64,000 nucleotides of DNA. Source: Mytilus californianus. Taxonomy: Eukaryota. Location of the stretch: assembly GCF_021869535.1 (NCBI RefSeq), contig NW_026262690.1:40300001-40364000 (forward strand), written 5' to 3'. Position 1 is the stretch's first letter, and each line of letters starts with the position of its first letter. Below are positions 37,166 through 49,700 of the stretch, one piece after another. The translations under genes were made by a program, and so were the position numbers. Below the pieces are notes generated by a model. It searched no databases and was not told the origin of the DNA. It saw nothing but the letters and a program-made list of their open reading frames with translations.

Positions 37166-38828
37166 TTTCCCGGAGAAATGGATGTCAGTTTACACTAGCA
37201 ACATCAGTGTATTGATGATATTACAATGTTTGTGCATGGATAGTTTGTATCTATGGTTTCCACTCCATAAATAAAAATAAACTTTAAATTTGCATATTTA
37301 TTTGATTTTTTCTGTTCAGGGTTTCTGATATAAATAAGATGCACAACCAGTCAGTTGTTATGAACGCATCGGTTTGTTTGTTGATAGGCGTATCTGTGTA
37401 CTTTAGATTTATCTTATAAACATACTCTTCCGTTAATGGTTAAGTTTAATTTCTACTAATACCTAAGTATAAAAAGCAATTTATTTTGAAAACAAAATAT
37501 CGATGAATTCATCAGGCATAAAATAAGCTCAGTTTGATCAGATGTTTTCTTCGATGGCAAAATAATGTGATAATTCCCCTGAAAATCGATCTCTCCGACA
37601 TTATTCTTAGGTGACATATACAATAATTGAACATACTGCCGTCAATTGTTCTAGCCATGCTTCTTTTTCCTGATTTGACATGTTTTTGTTTAAGTTTACA
37701 GCAATTATAGTTTATAAATATCAGTGGATTGGATATTCCAGCATGTTATGTACTTATTGCTATACTTTGATTTGTTACCACGCAACCTAGAATAACACTG
37801 GTAAAAGTTAAGCAGGAAATCGGATATCTTGTTCTTCAAAATTTATATAAACATTTAAAATCAACAACTAATACAAAACATATCATGTCAAGACAAAATC
37901 CTCTCCATTTTAAAAAAAAATTATAATAAGAAGCACTGGATCGTTAAGCTTTAATAGGTTTTCTTCCGTATGTTAAAACCTTTCAGAAATGTTTATTTGT
38001 AGATTTGTTTATTAAAGAAGCTCAATATTCAAAACCTAATTTAAGAATAAAAGTTAAAGGGTAAATTAAATTTTCACACATGCCTAAGTATCAAAAGTTT
38101 TTTTTATTTATGAAAAAAAGATATTGATAAATTTATCCGGCATGCAATACACACGGTTTGATCAAATACTATGTCGTATGCCAAAGGTATTATAGGAGAA
38201 TGACAGTCCACCAACAACGGTACAGGGGCTTAGACAGGGACCGAAGAATGGTATCTTTTTATTTTTCAAAGCATTATATCTATATAAGTAATCATATAAG
38301 GTTAATCAATAAAAACAATTGAATTATATAAAGTTATGTCATATTCTATTGTTGCTCATAACCTGTCATCTTATTTATATGTTCCAAGTACTGAAATTAG
38401 TATCATAAAAAAGTATAACAAAAATACCGAATATTGACCAAATTGGGTGAACAACCCAAACAGACATAATAGGTTGATGTGACAATACAATTGGGATCCA
38501 GCAGCCAAAACTGTGTAAACTTACATCACAGACATTAAAAAAAATTCAAACAAACATACAAATTTATCTAACTAGACGCAAACAAAAATGTTGTAATGAA
38601 AACAACACGTTAAAAATGTCACTGCGTCCAAAGTTTGACCATGACGGTCAATTAAAAAAGTTTTTGTCGTTGATAGTACATACCGTATATAGTATACACT
38701 TTCTCGATAAAGTTAAAATTAAGTAAATACAAATACAAGGGTAAACAAAAATAAAAACAACACTGTAAAAAACATTTGTGTCCCAATCGCACCACAGGTC
38801 CCACCTGCACCAGGAATGCCCAAAGTAA

Positions 38829-39027
38829 AAAAGTCATAAAGCCGATAGCGGGATGCATAAACACCGAGTCACGTCAAAAGTCAAAAACCCGATAGCGGGA
38901 TGCATACATACCGAGTCACGTCAAAAGTCATAAAGCCGATAGCGGGATGCATAAACACCGAGTCACGTCAAAAGTCATAAAGCCGATAGCGGGATGCATA
39001 AACACCGAGTCACGTCAAAAGTCATAC
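38829..39027. repeat. 47-bp minisatellite x4.2
   Basis: aaaagtcataaagccgatagcgggatgcataaacaccgagtcacgtc at 38829, 38876, 38923 and 38970. Confidence 0.92.
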
Positions 39028-39419
39028 GACTAAAAGAAACATAATAGCACGTAGACATATAAAGGCGAAACTAAAGTAAAACAAAAAGACACACAACTTC
39101 AGTACATAGAATCTATAACTCAAGACCATCTTGTATTATTTGCGAAGTAGACGCTGAATATTTATCTATTAGTTCTTGATACTGTCCGATGAACTTTTTG
39201 AGAAAAAGTACGAGACGTTCTTTAACAAAACCGTGGCTCGTTATTTTTTTGCTCAGACATCGATGACGTTTTACAAAATCTGAGTAGCAGCTGCTAGCTC
39301 TTGAGTATCGTATGAGTATGAGTTGAAAAATGTATACTCTATACGCAAGAAGTTGGTATATTGCTGCTTAGGTGAGGAAAACTTATAATTTCAAAATTGA
39401 AATCGACCCGTTTGTCATA

Positions 39420-39780
39420 GATCATACGCTTTATATTACTATTACTTGGTCGATACCGCTGATGGTTGATTAGGATTACCTAGGGTAGCTTCCAACCAGT
39501 AGCTATTGTTTCGGGACCGGTTTAATCTGTCATGAACATTTTTTCTGCATAGATATTATAGAATTGTTTTCTATTGCTATGGTGTCAACTTTCTCCGGCA
39601 AACCTTAGCTTAGACGGTTTTGGTTCTGTGTTTAGATCCTGTTGGTTTAAATTATCTGAAGGTTTTCATATTTTTGGCTTTCAAAACTATTGATCTCGTA
39701 TCCATGATGAAGGTTATACTAGATATATTTGACGTGTACACTGAATGGATATCATACGTTTATATAACCATCAATTTTAG
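39420..39780 (+). mobile_element. Old, diverged retrozyme-related monomer
   Basis: ggtcgataccgctgatgg...ccagtagc resembles the monomer start ggtcgatgccactgctgg...ccagtagtc; only a decayed tgatgaagg core remains near 39707. Confidence 0.4.
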
Positions 39781-40794
39781 GTATCTCTAGATATCTATTT
39801 TTGTTAATTTGTGTTAAGAGAGTTGCAGATTTTTTTTTCTAAAATCTCCTTTTATGATACCTGAAAAATGTTTGGGACCAAATCTATTTGGATCAGTGGT
39901 TTAAAGGGAGAACCTTTTAGAAAAGTTTCGGGGTGAACGACAAAGCAGAACGATACTTGAGGTGTGATATAAATTAGAGAAATGTACACTAAATATCAAT
40001 TTGAAAGCAACTTAATTGGTCATTATACTGATTTAAGAATCCACATAACGTTTTCTGAAATAACTGTCAGTAGTGCGAGACCAAAAGTTTACAAGTTATC
40101 GGGATAGAAGTTTTGAGACGCGTCAATAGCATCCAAACAAAAATAATTCTTCTATGGACAATTTTGACTAGGAAGTTTAAACTTTATAGGCTTTCTTTCT
40201 ATGATAACATAATATATTAACCGACTAATCAATAGTCAGACCCGTTTTGAATCATTTACTAGCTACTAAGCAAGTGATATTATATAAGATTGACAGTCAA
40301 GCAACCATCAGCGATGCAAGTTTGAATGTTAATGGCAGAAAAGGGAACACAGAATAATAGAATATTCATTATTTTTAAGGCAGTACATCTATATCATCTA
40401 ATCATAAGATACATAAATACATATAGTTGGCAGGGTTACATTCATTTCTGTCATATTTACTACTTTTATATAACTGTTTTTTTTATTCAGTAGAATATAT
40501 AATTCTGTTAAGAAGCAGCTCTATATTGCAAGGTGGGAAGTTCATGTATTCATCTACAATGATATAATTAATTTGGTGCTGTTGAAGGTTCACTCGATTG
40601 CTCATTGTTTGATATGCAGTCTTCTTAATCTGTGAAAAGAACAAAAAATCTTATGAAAATTGAATTTAAATGCATTAATTATTTGTGTGTGGAATAAGGT
40701 TTAAAGGTTAGCATTCGTATTCCATTGCTGTATTTTTTTAAAGAACATTTGATCTTCTTCACGGTGAAGATGTAACATAAAACTATTTCATAAT

Positions 40795-41410
40795 TAAATA
40801 CTGTCCAGGACAATATTTCATTATGAAATAGTGTCCTTGTCCATGAAATTTTGTCTCCTCCCTCTGGACAATATTTCACTATAAAATACTGTCCATGACA
40901 ATATTTCACTGTGAAATTATGTCCATGACAATATTTCACTGTGCAATACTGTCCATGAAAATATTTCTTAATCTAAATATGTCTTCCCTGAGGATTCCTC
41001 TGTTTCTGGATTTAAAAAAAATATTTTTCATGAAAAGTATATGTATAACCATAAATTGCTGTATAACTTAATTAAGCAGGTTTGTTTGTTATTATCAATC
41101 AACATGACAAAAAAAACCACTTTAATGATATCATTATCCAAAATATTAAATGTCTATAACCTCCCTTTATGAGACAAAATTTCATGACAATCCATCTTTG
41201 AAATAATGTCTTATTAAATATTCACAAAATGTAACTGTTGATAACGTCCCTTTAACAAGACAAAATTTCATACTATTCATCTATGAAATATTGTCTGTAT
41301 ATGGACAAAATTTCATATGGAAATTTGTCCTTCTCTGGATAATATTTCATAGATAGGGACAACATTTCATGATACAAAGTACAATATTTCATAGGACAAT
41401 ATTTTGCTTT
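40795..41410. repeat. 30-bp tandem units and short inverted gga/gtccatgacaatatttca motifs just 3' of IF-A; MITE-like
   Basis: gtccatgacaatatttcactgtgaaattat x3 or more at 40860-40970; inverted ggacaaaatttcat/atgaaattttgtc motifs on both sides. Confidence 0.55.
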
Positions 41411-41639
41411 ACAAAGATACCATACAATAAAAGTAACTAACGATGTGTTTCTGTACTAGACTTGAAGGTCCATTTGTATCACATGGTTCATAAATAAATG
41501 TCTTTCAAAATGTCACTGTTTTGACATCACATTAAAAATGAATTCAGAGTCTGAATTTGACGGTTATATAGTTTCTATTTCAAGGTTTATATATTATATT
41601 ATTCATGAAAAAGAATCAATGAACGATTCGACTATATAT

Positions 41640-43693
41640 CTAGTAATAAGAATAAAGCTTACATCTATATTTCGTGTGATAACGTTTGCAGTAACCAGGC
41701 CTGTAGGATGCTTGATGATAAGCAGTTTTATGTCCACCGGTTCCTACATAAGTACGCGTCACAGCAGGGATGTAGCTAGCTGCTTGTGTACGTGTCACTG
41801 CAGGGGTGTAGCTAACCGCTTGTGTACGCGTCACTGCAGGGGTGTAACTAGCTACTTGCGTTCGTGTCATTGCAGGGATGTAACTGGACACATTTGATAC
41901 TGAAACAGTGCTTTCATAATTTATTGGTGCACTAAGTCTGAAACGGAAAAAAATATGTAAAATGAAAACATACAATAAAACTTGATAAATCTATAAACGA
42001 AGCGGAAGATACCAAAGGGAAAATTAAAATTAATAAGTCAAAGAGACACTGACAACGCCACGACAAAAACTACGAAAAGACAAGCAATACATAAAACTCT
42101 ACATACATAGAACTAAAGACTGAAAAACACGAACTCCATCAAAAATCAAGGGGGGGGGGGGGTTATCAGATGTCTTGGTAGGGTTATCAGATCCCGCTCC
42201 ACATGATGCACCCGTCGTATAGCTCAGTCGATCATAAGTAACATTCAATTGTAAGAGGGGAAAAGAGGAAGGAATTTTGGCTACAATTAGAACAAGTCAT
42301 ATTCGTGGTCATTAGTGACACACATATTGCACAACATATAAATAAGAAGATGTGGTATGAGTGCTAATGAGACAACTATCCATCCAAGTCACAATGTGAA
42401 AAAAGTAAACAATTATAGGTAAAAGTACGGCCTTCAACACGGTAACTTGACTCACACCGAACAGCAAGCTATGAAGGGCCCCAAAAAGACTAGTGTAAAA
42501 CAATTCAAACAAGAATACCAACGGTCTAATCTATAAAAAAAAAAACGAGAAACGAGAAACACTTATGAACCACACCAGCAAACTGCAACCACTGAACAAC
42601 AGGCTCATGACTTGGGACATGTGCATAAAAATGCAGCGGGTTTAAACGTTTTAACAGGCGCCAACCTTCACACTAACCTGGAACAGTGGTATAACATTAC
42701 AACACGAAAAGACACACAATAAAATATCAATTGAAATGGCTTAACTGTCTACCAAGTCATGATGGCGACTGTAAAACTTTGAAGAGATGGCTTCAACTTT
42801 ACCACTAGGAACCCTTGCTCCAATAGTGTCCCCGTCAGCAGCAACATTACCAAGGCATCATAATAGGAAACACAATCTCTGGAATATTGTATCAACTGGG
42901 AGATATATAGTCCATAAGCAGACCAGCTTGAATGTTGGTACAAAGAAGTGGAAAGTTTACAATTGGAAATTTGAAATCATCTGTTTTATCGAATTATAAA
43001 TATAGTATATCATAGATTTTCAGGAGACACAGCAGGGTTGTTGATTTGCTATTTATCCGTAGCTAGAAGACTTTTCTAAGAAGATCTATTCACATTTGTA
43101 AATCCTGATTAATTAAATTTATAGTGCATGTATGCTGCAAACATAAACGTCATATTTCTTATGATTAATATAATGAGTTCGTTCTAACTCTTTTAAAAGA
43201 CCAACACGCGCAAACAGAGAGTTTCGAATTTTGTAAGTATTTTCTCCGATGCACTTGTGTAAATTCATTTATACGGCATGGTTTTATATCTAAATGATTG
43301 CAGGTATCCCTCAAATTCTATTTCATGTTTTTGAACATTATACCTTCTTTCTTCTTCTGCTAATAACATTTTCATTGCTTCAATTTCTGCTTTAAGTGGT
43401 ATATAAGAATCCTTTGAAACTTTTGCTTCTTCTAGCTTAACAAACAGAACATGTTGAATCTCTTTAAATCTTTTTTCCATCTCTTGAATTTGTCCAAATG
43501 CCCTTGATCTTTCTTGTGACAATAAAGCTTCTAATGACTGTTTTTGTTGTGCCATTGCGCCTACCTAAAAGAAATTAGATTCCTTTATTCGAATGTCTTT
43601 ATTTGTGAACTGATAGCAATATTGACCAGTTGTGGTTTTATGTGCTTGCTTTGAATTTTTTTTTAAAGTTATGTAAGTTGCAGAAAATATAAA

Positions 43694-43735
<42 letters not shown>

Positions 43736-46700
43736 TGAATAAAAGGTATTCTGTTTATTGATAATAATTCTGATCATCTAGTTATCGGATTGTATTCGTG
43801 ACTTAAAGTCACTTTCATGGTCGAAACACACGGTTGTTGTTTTCTAAACTAGTCGGAATGGGCTCAGATTAAACATATCAACATCGGGACAAATATTTTT
43901 ACATCAGTGTTTTTTCTTTAACAAACTAGTCAGAAGAAGACTGAATTAAACTTAAAATCAGCAATATCGGGTCAAGCATTTTGACGTTAGTATGTTTTTA
44001 CAAGGTAGTCGGGTAAACTGGTTAAACACATCTGACGTAGATGTTATACAAGCACCGAAAACAGATACACAAAAAGATGTATCAAACTTACCACTGTTCT
44101 GTGTTTGAAACAATAATTATGATACCCTTTCTGCAATAATTCTTTACCTTGATCGAGGTAGTATTTTATGTAAAGATCTTACTTGTGATTCTAAAGCAGC
44201 AATCTTGGCATTTAAATCCCCGACACTACCCATTACATAAGACTTTTCTTTCTCCAATCGCCCAATTGTGTCGGCGTCGTTCTCCATCTGTGATTTCAAT
44301 ACAGAAATCTGAAAAAAATATATCGTATGATGATATTGTGAAAATTGTAATACTAGTATACAACTGTATCTGAATTGTGTCGGGAGACTTAACAGTTGTG
44401 TAAAAATTCATTCAGTTATGTTGCTGGAGTTATTATGAGATAATCGTAGAAACGTATGATAGGTACACCACGTGTTAGTGGAATAACCTTCCAAAGGTCG
44501 TTCGAAGCCAAAAGGTTAAAAAAAAAAAAAAAAATGTTTGGGCAAAATGACCAAAAGCGTTTAAAAAGAACAACCAACTCCATACAAGGCCACGTGATGG
44601 ACATGTATTCTTAGTTTTTTATTGTACAATTACATCATTTTTATGCTGAAAATGTACAAAAAATGTACCTTCTAAAGCATACCGACACAAACGCACTGGT
44701 TACCTCCAGACAGATGCAAATTTTCAATTTTCATTGTTTGCGGTCAAAAAACGATTTTGATATAAATCGTTAAAAATTGAGCTTGTCTGTATACAAACTA
44801 TATATAAACATTTCGTTAAATGTGTTCATAAAAACCATGATTTAACGCAAGATGCGCTCGGATGGACGACCAGATATATATATATACCATAGTTCATACG
44901 TGGTTGAGGATTTGATAGTTAGGCTTATGCTTGAACTACATGTATTTTCACTTAATTAACCACTTTATTATTACGTAAACTTATCTGTACTCATCTGTTC
45001 TACGGAAAATAGTTGGTATTGCGAAGGATATATTATTAATGAAATGTCTATAAAAACTTACACTTTTACCATATCTGGATTCAATATCCGACTGGTGTTT
45101 CTTCAATTCATCTTCCGCTGCATGTCTTACTTGTCTGAGGATGTCTGGGATATTTGTATCGGTTTTACTCAGTTGACGAATACGTGTCTCAAGTGACAGT
45201 ATATTGGCGGTTGTAGCCTCTAACCGTTGTTTCAGATCAGCAACATGCTGTCTAAGAACATTGTTGTCAAACTCGTATTTTTTTGTTGACGCAGCAAATC
45301 TTTCCTCTACGTCTTTTCTGGTCTGTAGTTCTCTTTCCCATCTAAAAAAAATATTGTCTTTGCAATATTAATTAGCATCCGATAAATTTCAATATATACC
45401 AATTATGTTTTGTCCCAAAATAAACTTAGATTATAATGTACCGAAGTTAATTTGTTACGCCATATGAGCATTTCGAAAATGGTTTATTCCATTATTGGTG
45501 CTCGATCATTTAAACTCCGAAGTATTAAACATTGAAGATAGATAGTGAGACCAATAGGTTTACCAAAATTAGCTTATGGGTGATCAAGTATTACTATGAT
45601 ATATACAAAAAAAAAACAAGTTATAAAAAATGGACGAATGGCTGTTACATTTGTTTTCTTTTCAACATTGTCAAATTGTCCGCCTGTTGAAATATCAATG
45701 GACTGTCGAGCATCGCTCTTACCAAAACGCAAACTTTTATTTTAATGTGAAAGTGCAACGTTTAACAGTCGGGGAAAAAATATAATCAACAACTAACAAA
45801 TCAATCATAGGTAACAAAACCAACAACTAGAAAACGAAAAACTATTTTGCTAACTTAGCTAAAAACATGTCTTTTTTTCTGGTACATTTTTTGTAAAATC
45901 TATTCTGAGGCAAACCAAGAAGACAACTTTAGTAAAAAAAAATCAAAATACAACTTTGAAATATGTACCAAGGAGACAGATCTATCTGTGAAAGTAGTGA
46001 GTTTGTGTGCCGTCTGTCTTTCTTCGTCTTACAATTTTTAATTATTTCCCCAAATACATTTTTACTGCTTTTGAAAGGAATATTACTAGTTATTTGACAT
46101 GGTACTCGAAGAAATAACCTAACTTAATTATTACCTCCCTTTGAAATCTTCCTTATCCCTCCTGAGATCTGCTATCTCTTTCCTAAGACTTGGACTTTCA
46201 TCCAGTGGTTGTGGTGCCGATCGTAGTTTAGCTATTTCTTGTTCTAGGCAACTTATTGTCTGCTGATAGCTAGTGACATTTCCAACAAGCTCACGGTTCT
46301 TGTCAACTTCTAGTGCTAATCTGTTGTATTGATAAATTTATTTTGTTATTTCAACGGATTCTTTTCCTAAACATATTAGTATATTAAATACGCACAGAAA
46401 CTTATGGTTGTAATCTGATTGAAATACAGATTACGTGTCCAAGCTTAGCTTACAAGGATATGAAAACGCTCCGTTCTTCCTTCTTTGTGTTCAAAGGCAT
46501 TTAGGGATCCTCTGGTCTTGTCAGATGAATAAAATTCAAAACTTTGAAGTCTGAAATTGCATTAGCTGGTGAAATAATTCCAAGAACAAAGCTTGGACAT
46601 AGGATCTGTGTTTTAATCAGATTGTTATGCTTGTATCATTTATTCAACTCTATTGACAAACATTCCTCCGCATTAGTATGCCAGTAATAATAACTATTAA

Positions 46701-49700
46701 TGTTTAAACTAAAACTTTAAATTTTAACACAAGTTGCGTAATGTATTTTTGCAAATATGAAACCAAAATTTTTATATTAACATCACTGTGAATGGACAAG
46801 AAGTCACAAGTTATTTGACTAAGTAATGATGGAAAATAGTTTTCCCTAAAACAAATACTAGCTCGCTGCATAAAAGAACAATACTCCGGTTATATTTTGT
46901 AGACCGCTTGAGGTCTCTTACCATCAACATACTTCTAACAACGACCGATAATACAGCCGACAATCCTTTTTCACGTATCGAAATCAATTTGATAACTCCT
47001 ACCTAATAATGCCACTTCATTCCAGTCAAATCAGGAACGGGAATAATTTTATATGAATTATGGATATTGTTATAGAAAAGACATTCCAAACTGAAAAAAG
47101 TTAAAAACTTAAAATGCAAATAACAAACTTTTATGCATTTTTTTTAATTTTTGTGATAAAAATTTATTGAACATTTCCATGGCTGAGGCAACAAATAAAT
47201 GATACTAAAATTACCATACGCAAAATCTTTCAAAAAAAATTATTGAAGGACTATTGTGTGCTTAATGTCCAGTGGCAAATATCTCATGCATATTTAAGAC
47301 GAGGACAAATTAGCAATTAATACAATAGGTAGGTTATTCAAGGTAGATCGGAAAATTTCGACTGAAACTGGAAAATGAGGGTATCTTGGATACAGCCATT
47401 TTGCCTTGTAACAGTCCACCTATGGACCCCTTTGAGAGTTGTTACAAGAGCTCTTTTACGTGAAGAGAGCACTTACCCAACATTGGGCACGGGGTTTAAC
47501 ATCCCCATTCCGACCGGACATGGCTACGCATTTATACATTCCGCACAGTCAAAAGGGTGCCCCTCTATATCAAGGATTTTACCGCATGACAGGAGAAGTC
47601 CAGGGATGACCATGTTTATATACCCTTTCCCTGAATTACAGGAAGTCATAACGTTAATTTTTTTTACTTAATTTGGTATGACTAATTTGATTTGGTGTGA
47701 AGACCGAAAGTGAAATGAAAAGAAAACTGCTGAAAGTCATGTTAACGGTTGGTGATAAATAAAAAACATAGTTTTATTTTTCTTTTGTCATCAGTTGTAT
47801 TACCTCTTTTCCAAATCCTTAGAAGTTTGAATAAAACTTCCGTACTGTTGTTCCAAACTGTTCTTATCTTGTACACTACCTTGTAGTTGTCCTCTGTAAA
47901 AGTAGGTACATGAACACTTAATTCATTCAACTATTTATATTTAATATTATTTTTTCTTGAAACATGGAATTTAAATGGATTCTTTCACGAATCGTGGAAT
48001 TAAGATGGAAATTGTTTTGCTTTTACTACAATTACCTTTCTTTAGAAATGTTTCAAATTGAATCCAAATGTTCAAAAGGTAAATATTTCGTTCTTCTTTT
48101 ATATCCGTCAAATTTTATACTATATGTATGGCTTTGAAATATTTCGATTAAGAATATATAATATTTCAACATAAATCATGCTTTTACAATTAAAGTCATA
48201 CATCATATAGCATGCTCATTGCATTAGTTGATTTGAAACGGTTTAAATGGCTGTTTAAAATTGAATTCCATTTTGATATAATTCGAGTTTCATAAATCGA
48301 TAAATCTATTACGTTAGGGCTTAACAATATCACTCTGTAAGTGGGTATTTTTCAGCAAAGAAAACATAAAAGTATTCTTTATAGTACAAACTTATGTATT
48401 TGACATTTCAAAATCAGTGGTTTTAGTTCGTCAAGAACATTTCTGTATAAGTGGTATAAATACCTTTGTTTCTACTCTCTTCCAACTTGTGGTTTCTATT
48501 ATCCCTTTAGTATCTTCTTTTTTTAATAATATGAAAACAAATGTGCTTAACTTTAATAAAATTTAAAAATTTAAAGTTTAAATTCCCTTGCAATATAGAA
48601 AAAAAAAACCACAAAAAATGAGAATAGGAAGAACCCTTGGATGTCTTTTTTGTTCTTTTTTGTTGTTGAAAAGAAAAAATTCCAATTGTAAAAATTTGTA
48701 TCGTACTTATTTTTAAATCTACAATACCTTAAGTTTGCGAGTTCGTATTCATATAAATCCTTCAGTTTTGCGACTTCGTCTTCCAATATTTTAATTGATT
48801 TCAGGAATGCAGAGGAATCGATCTGTCCACGTTGTTCCCACAGCTGTCTTACTTTGGCTATATAATCTGACAACCTATCATTTAGCCGTTGTAGCTCTGC
48901 CTTGTCCTCTAACTTAACCGTTCTCTTCATCCCATAGTCATTACCTGACCCTGTCTTTACGTAACTGAGGTTTGTCACTCCAGTATTAAAGTCATCTCCA
49001 CCAGTGGAAGTATATGTCTGTTCCCAAGCTTGCTGTGTTGACGGATAATATGATGGTGACCGAAATGGTGTTGTTCTAGGACTTGCAAAGGCATTTGTAA
49101 CTGTCTTGTATTGGTAGGGTTGGTCATAGCTTTTGTACATGTAATTACTTTTGTTGGGTTTGTATGTGCAGCTTTTGCAGACCTTGTCATTATAGAAAGA
49201 TCTGTAACTGGTATCATATCTGAACAAAAATATTAGAAGAGTTTAAAGAGTACCAGTGAAAGTTACTGTAATATTACACAAATGTGCATTGTTTTTATAC
49301 GAATGTTTTAACAAATGTTTGTTTCAAAATACTTTAGTTCTTTGTATCCCTTTCCTAATTTTATGAGGCTTTAATCACAATTGTTTTATGTGGTAATAAT
49401 TTAGCATGCAATTGACTATTATATTGATTTAATAAATTCGGGATAATCTCTCTCCCCTCAACATGTTCAGTTCAAATTATTATTCCTAACTGTGATTCAA
49501 ACATGTCCATCGACTACATGTCACAAGTCTTTTTATATGTTTGTCACTCTGACATGATAGACCGTTTGGAATGTTTATTATTGATTAATTATGACATTAA
49601 ATAGATGGTTGTTAAACTATCTTTGAGAAAACATCAAGACGATCTGGTTTGGAGATGGTTAATAACTTGAATATAGTCCATACGATTACAACACCAATCA

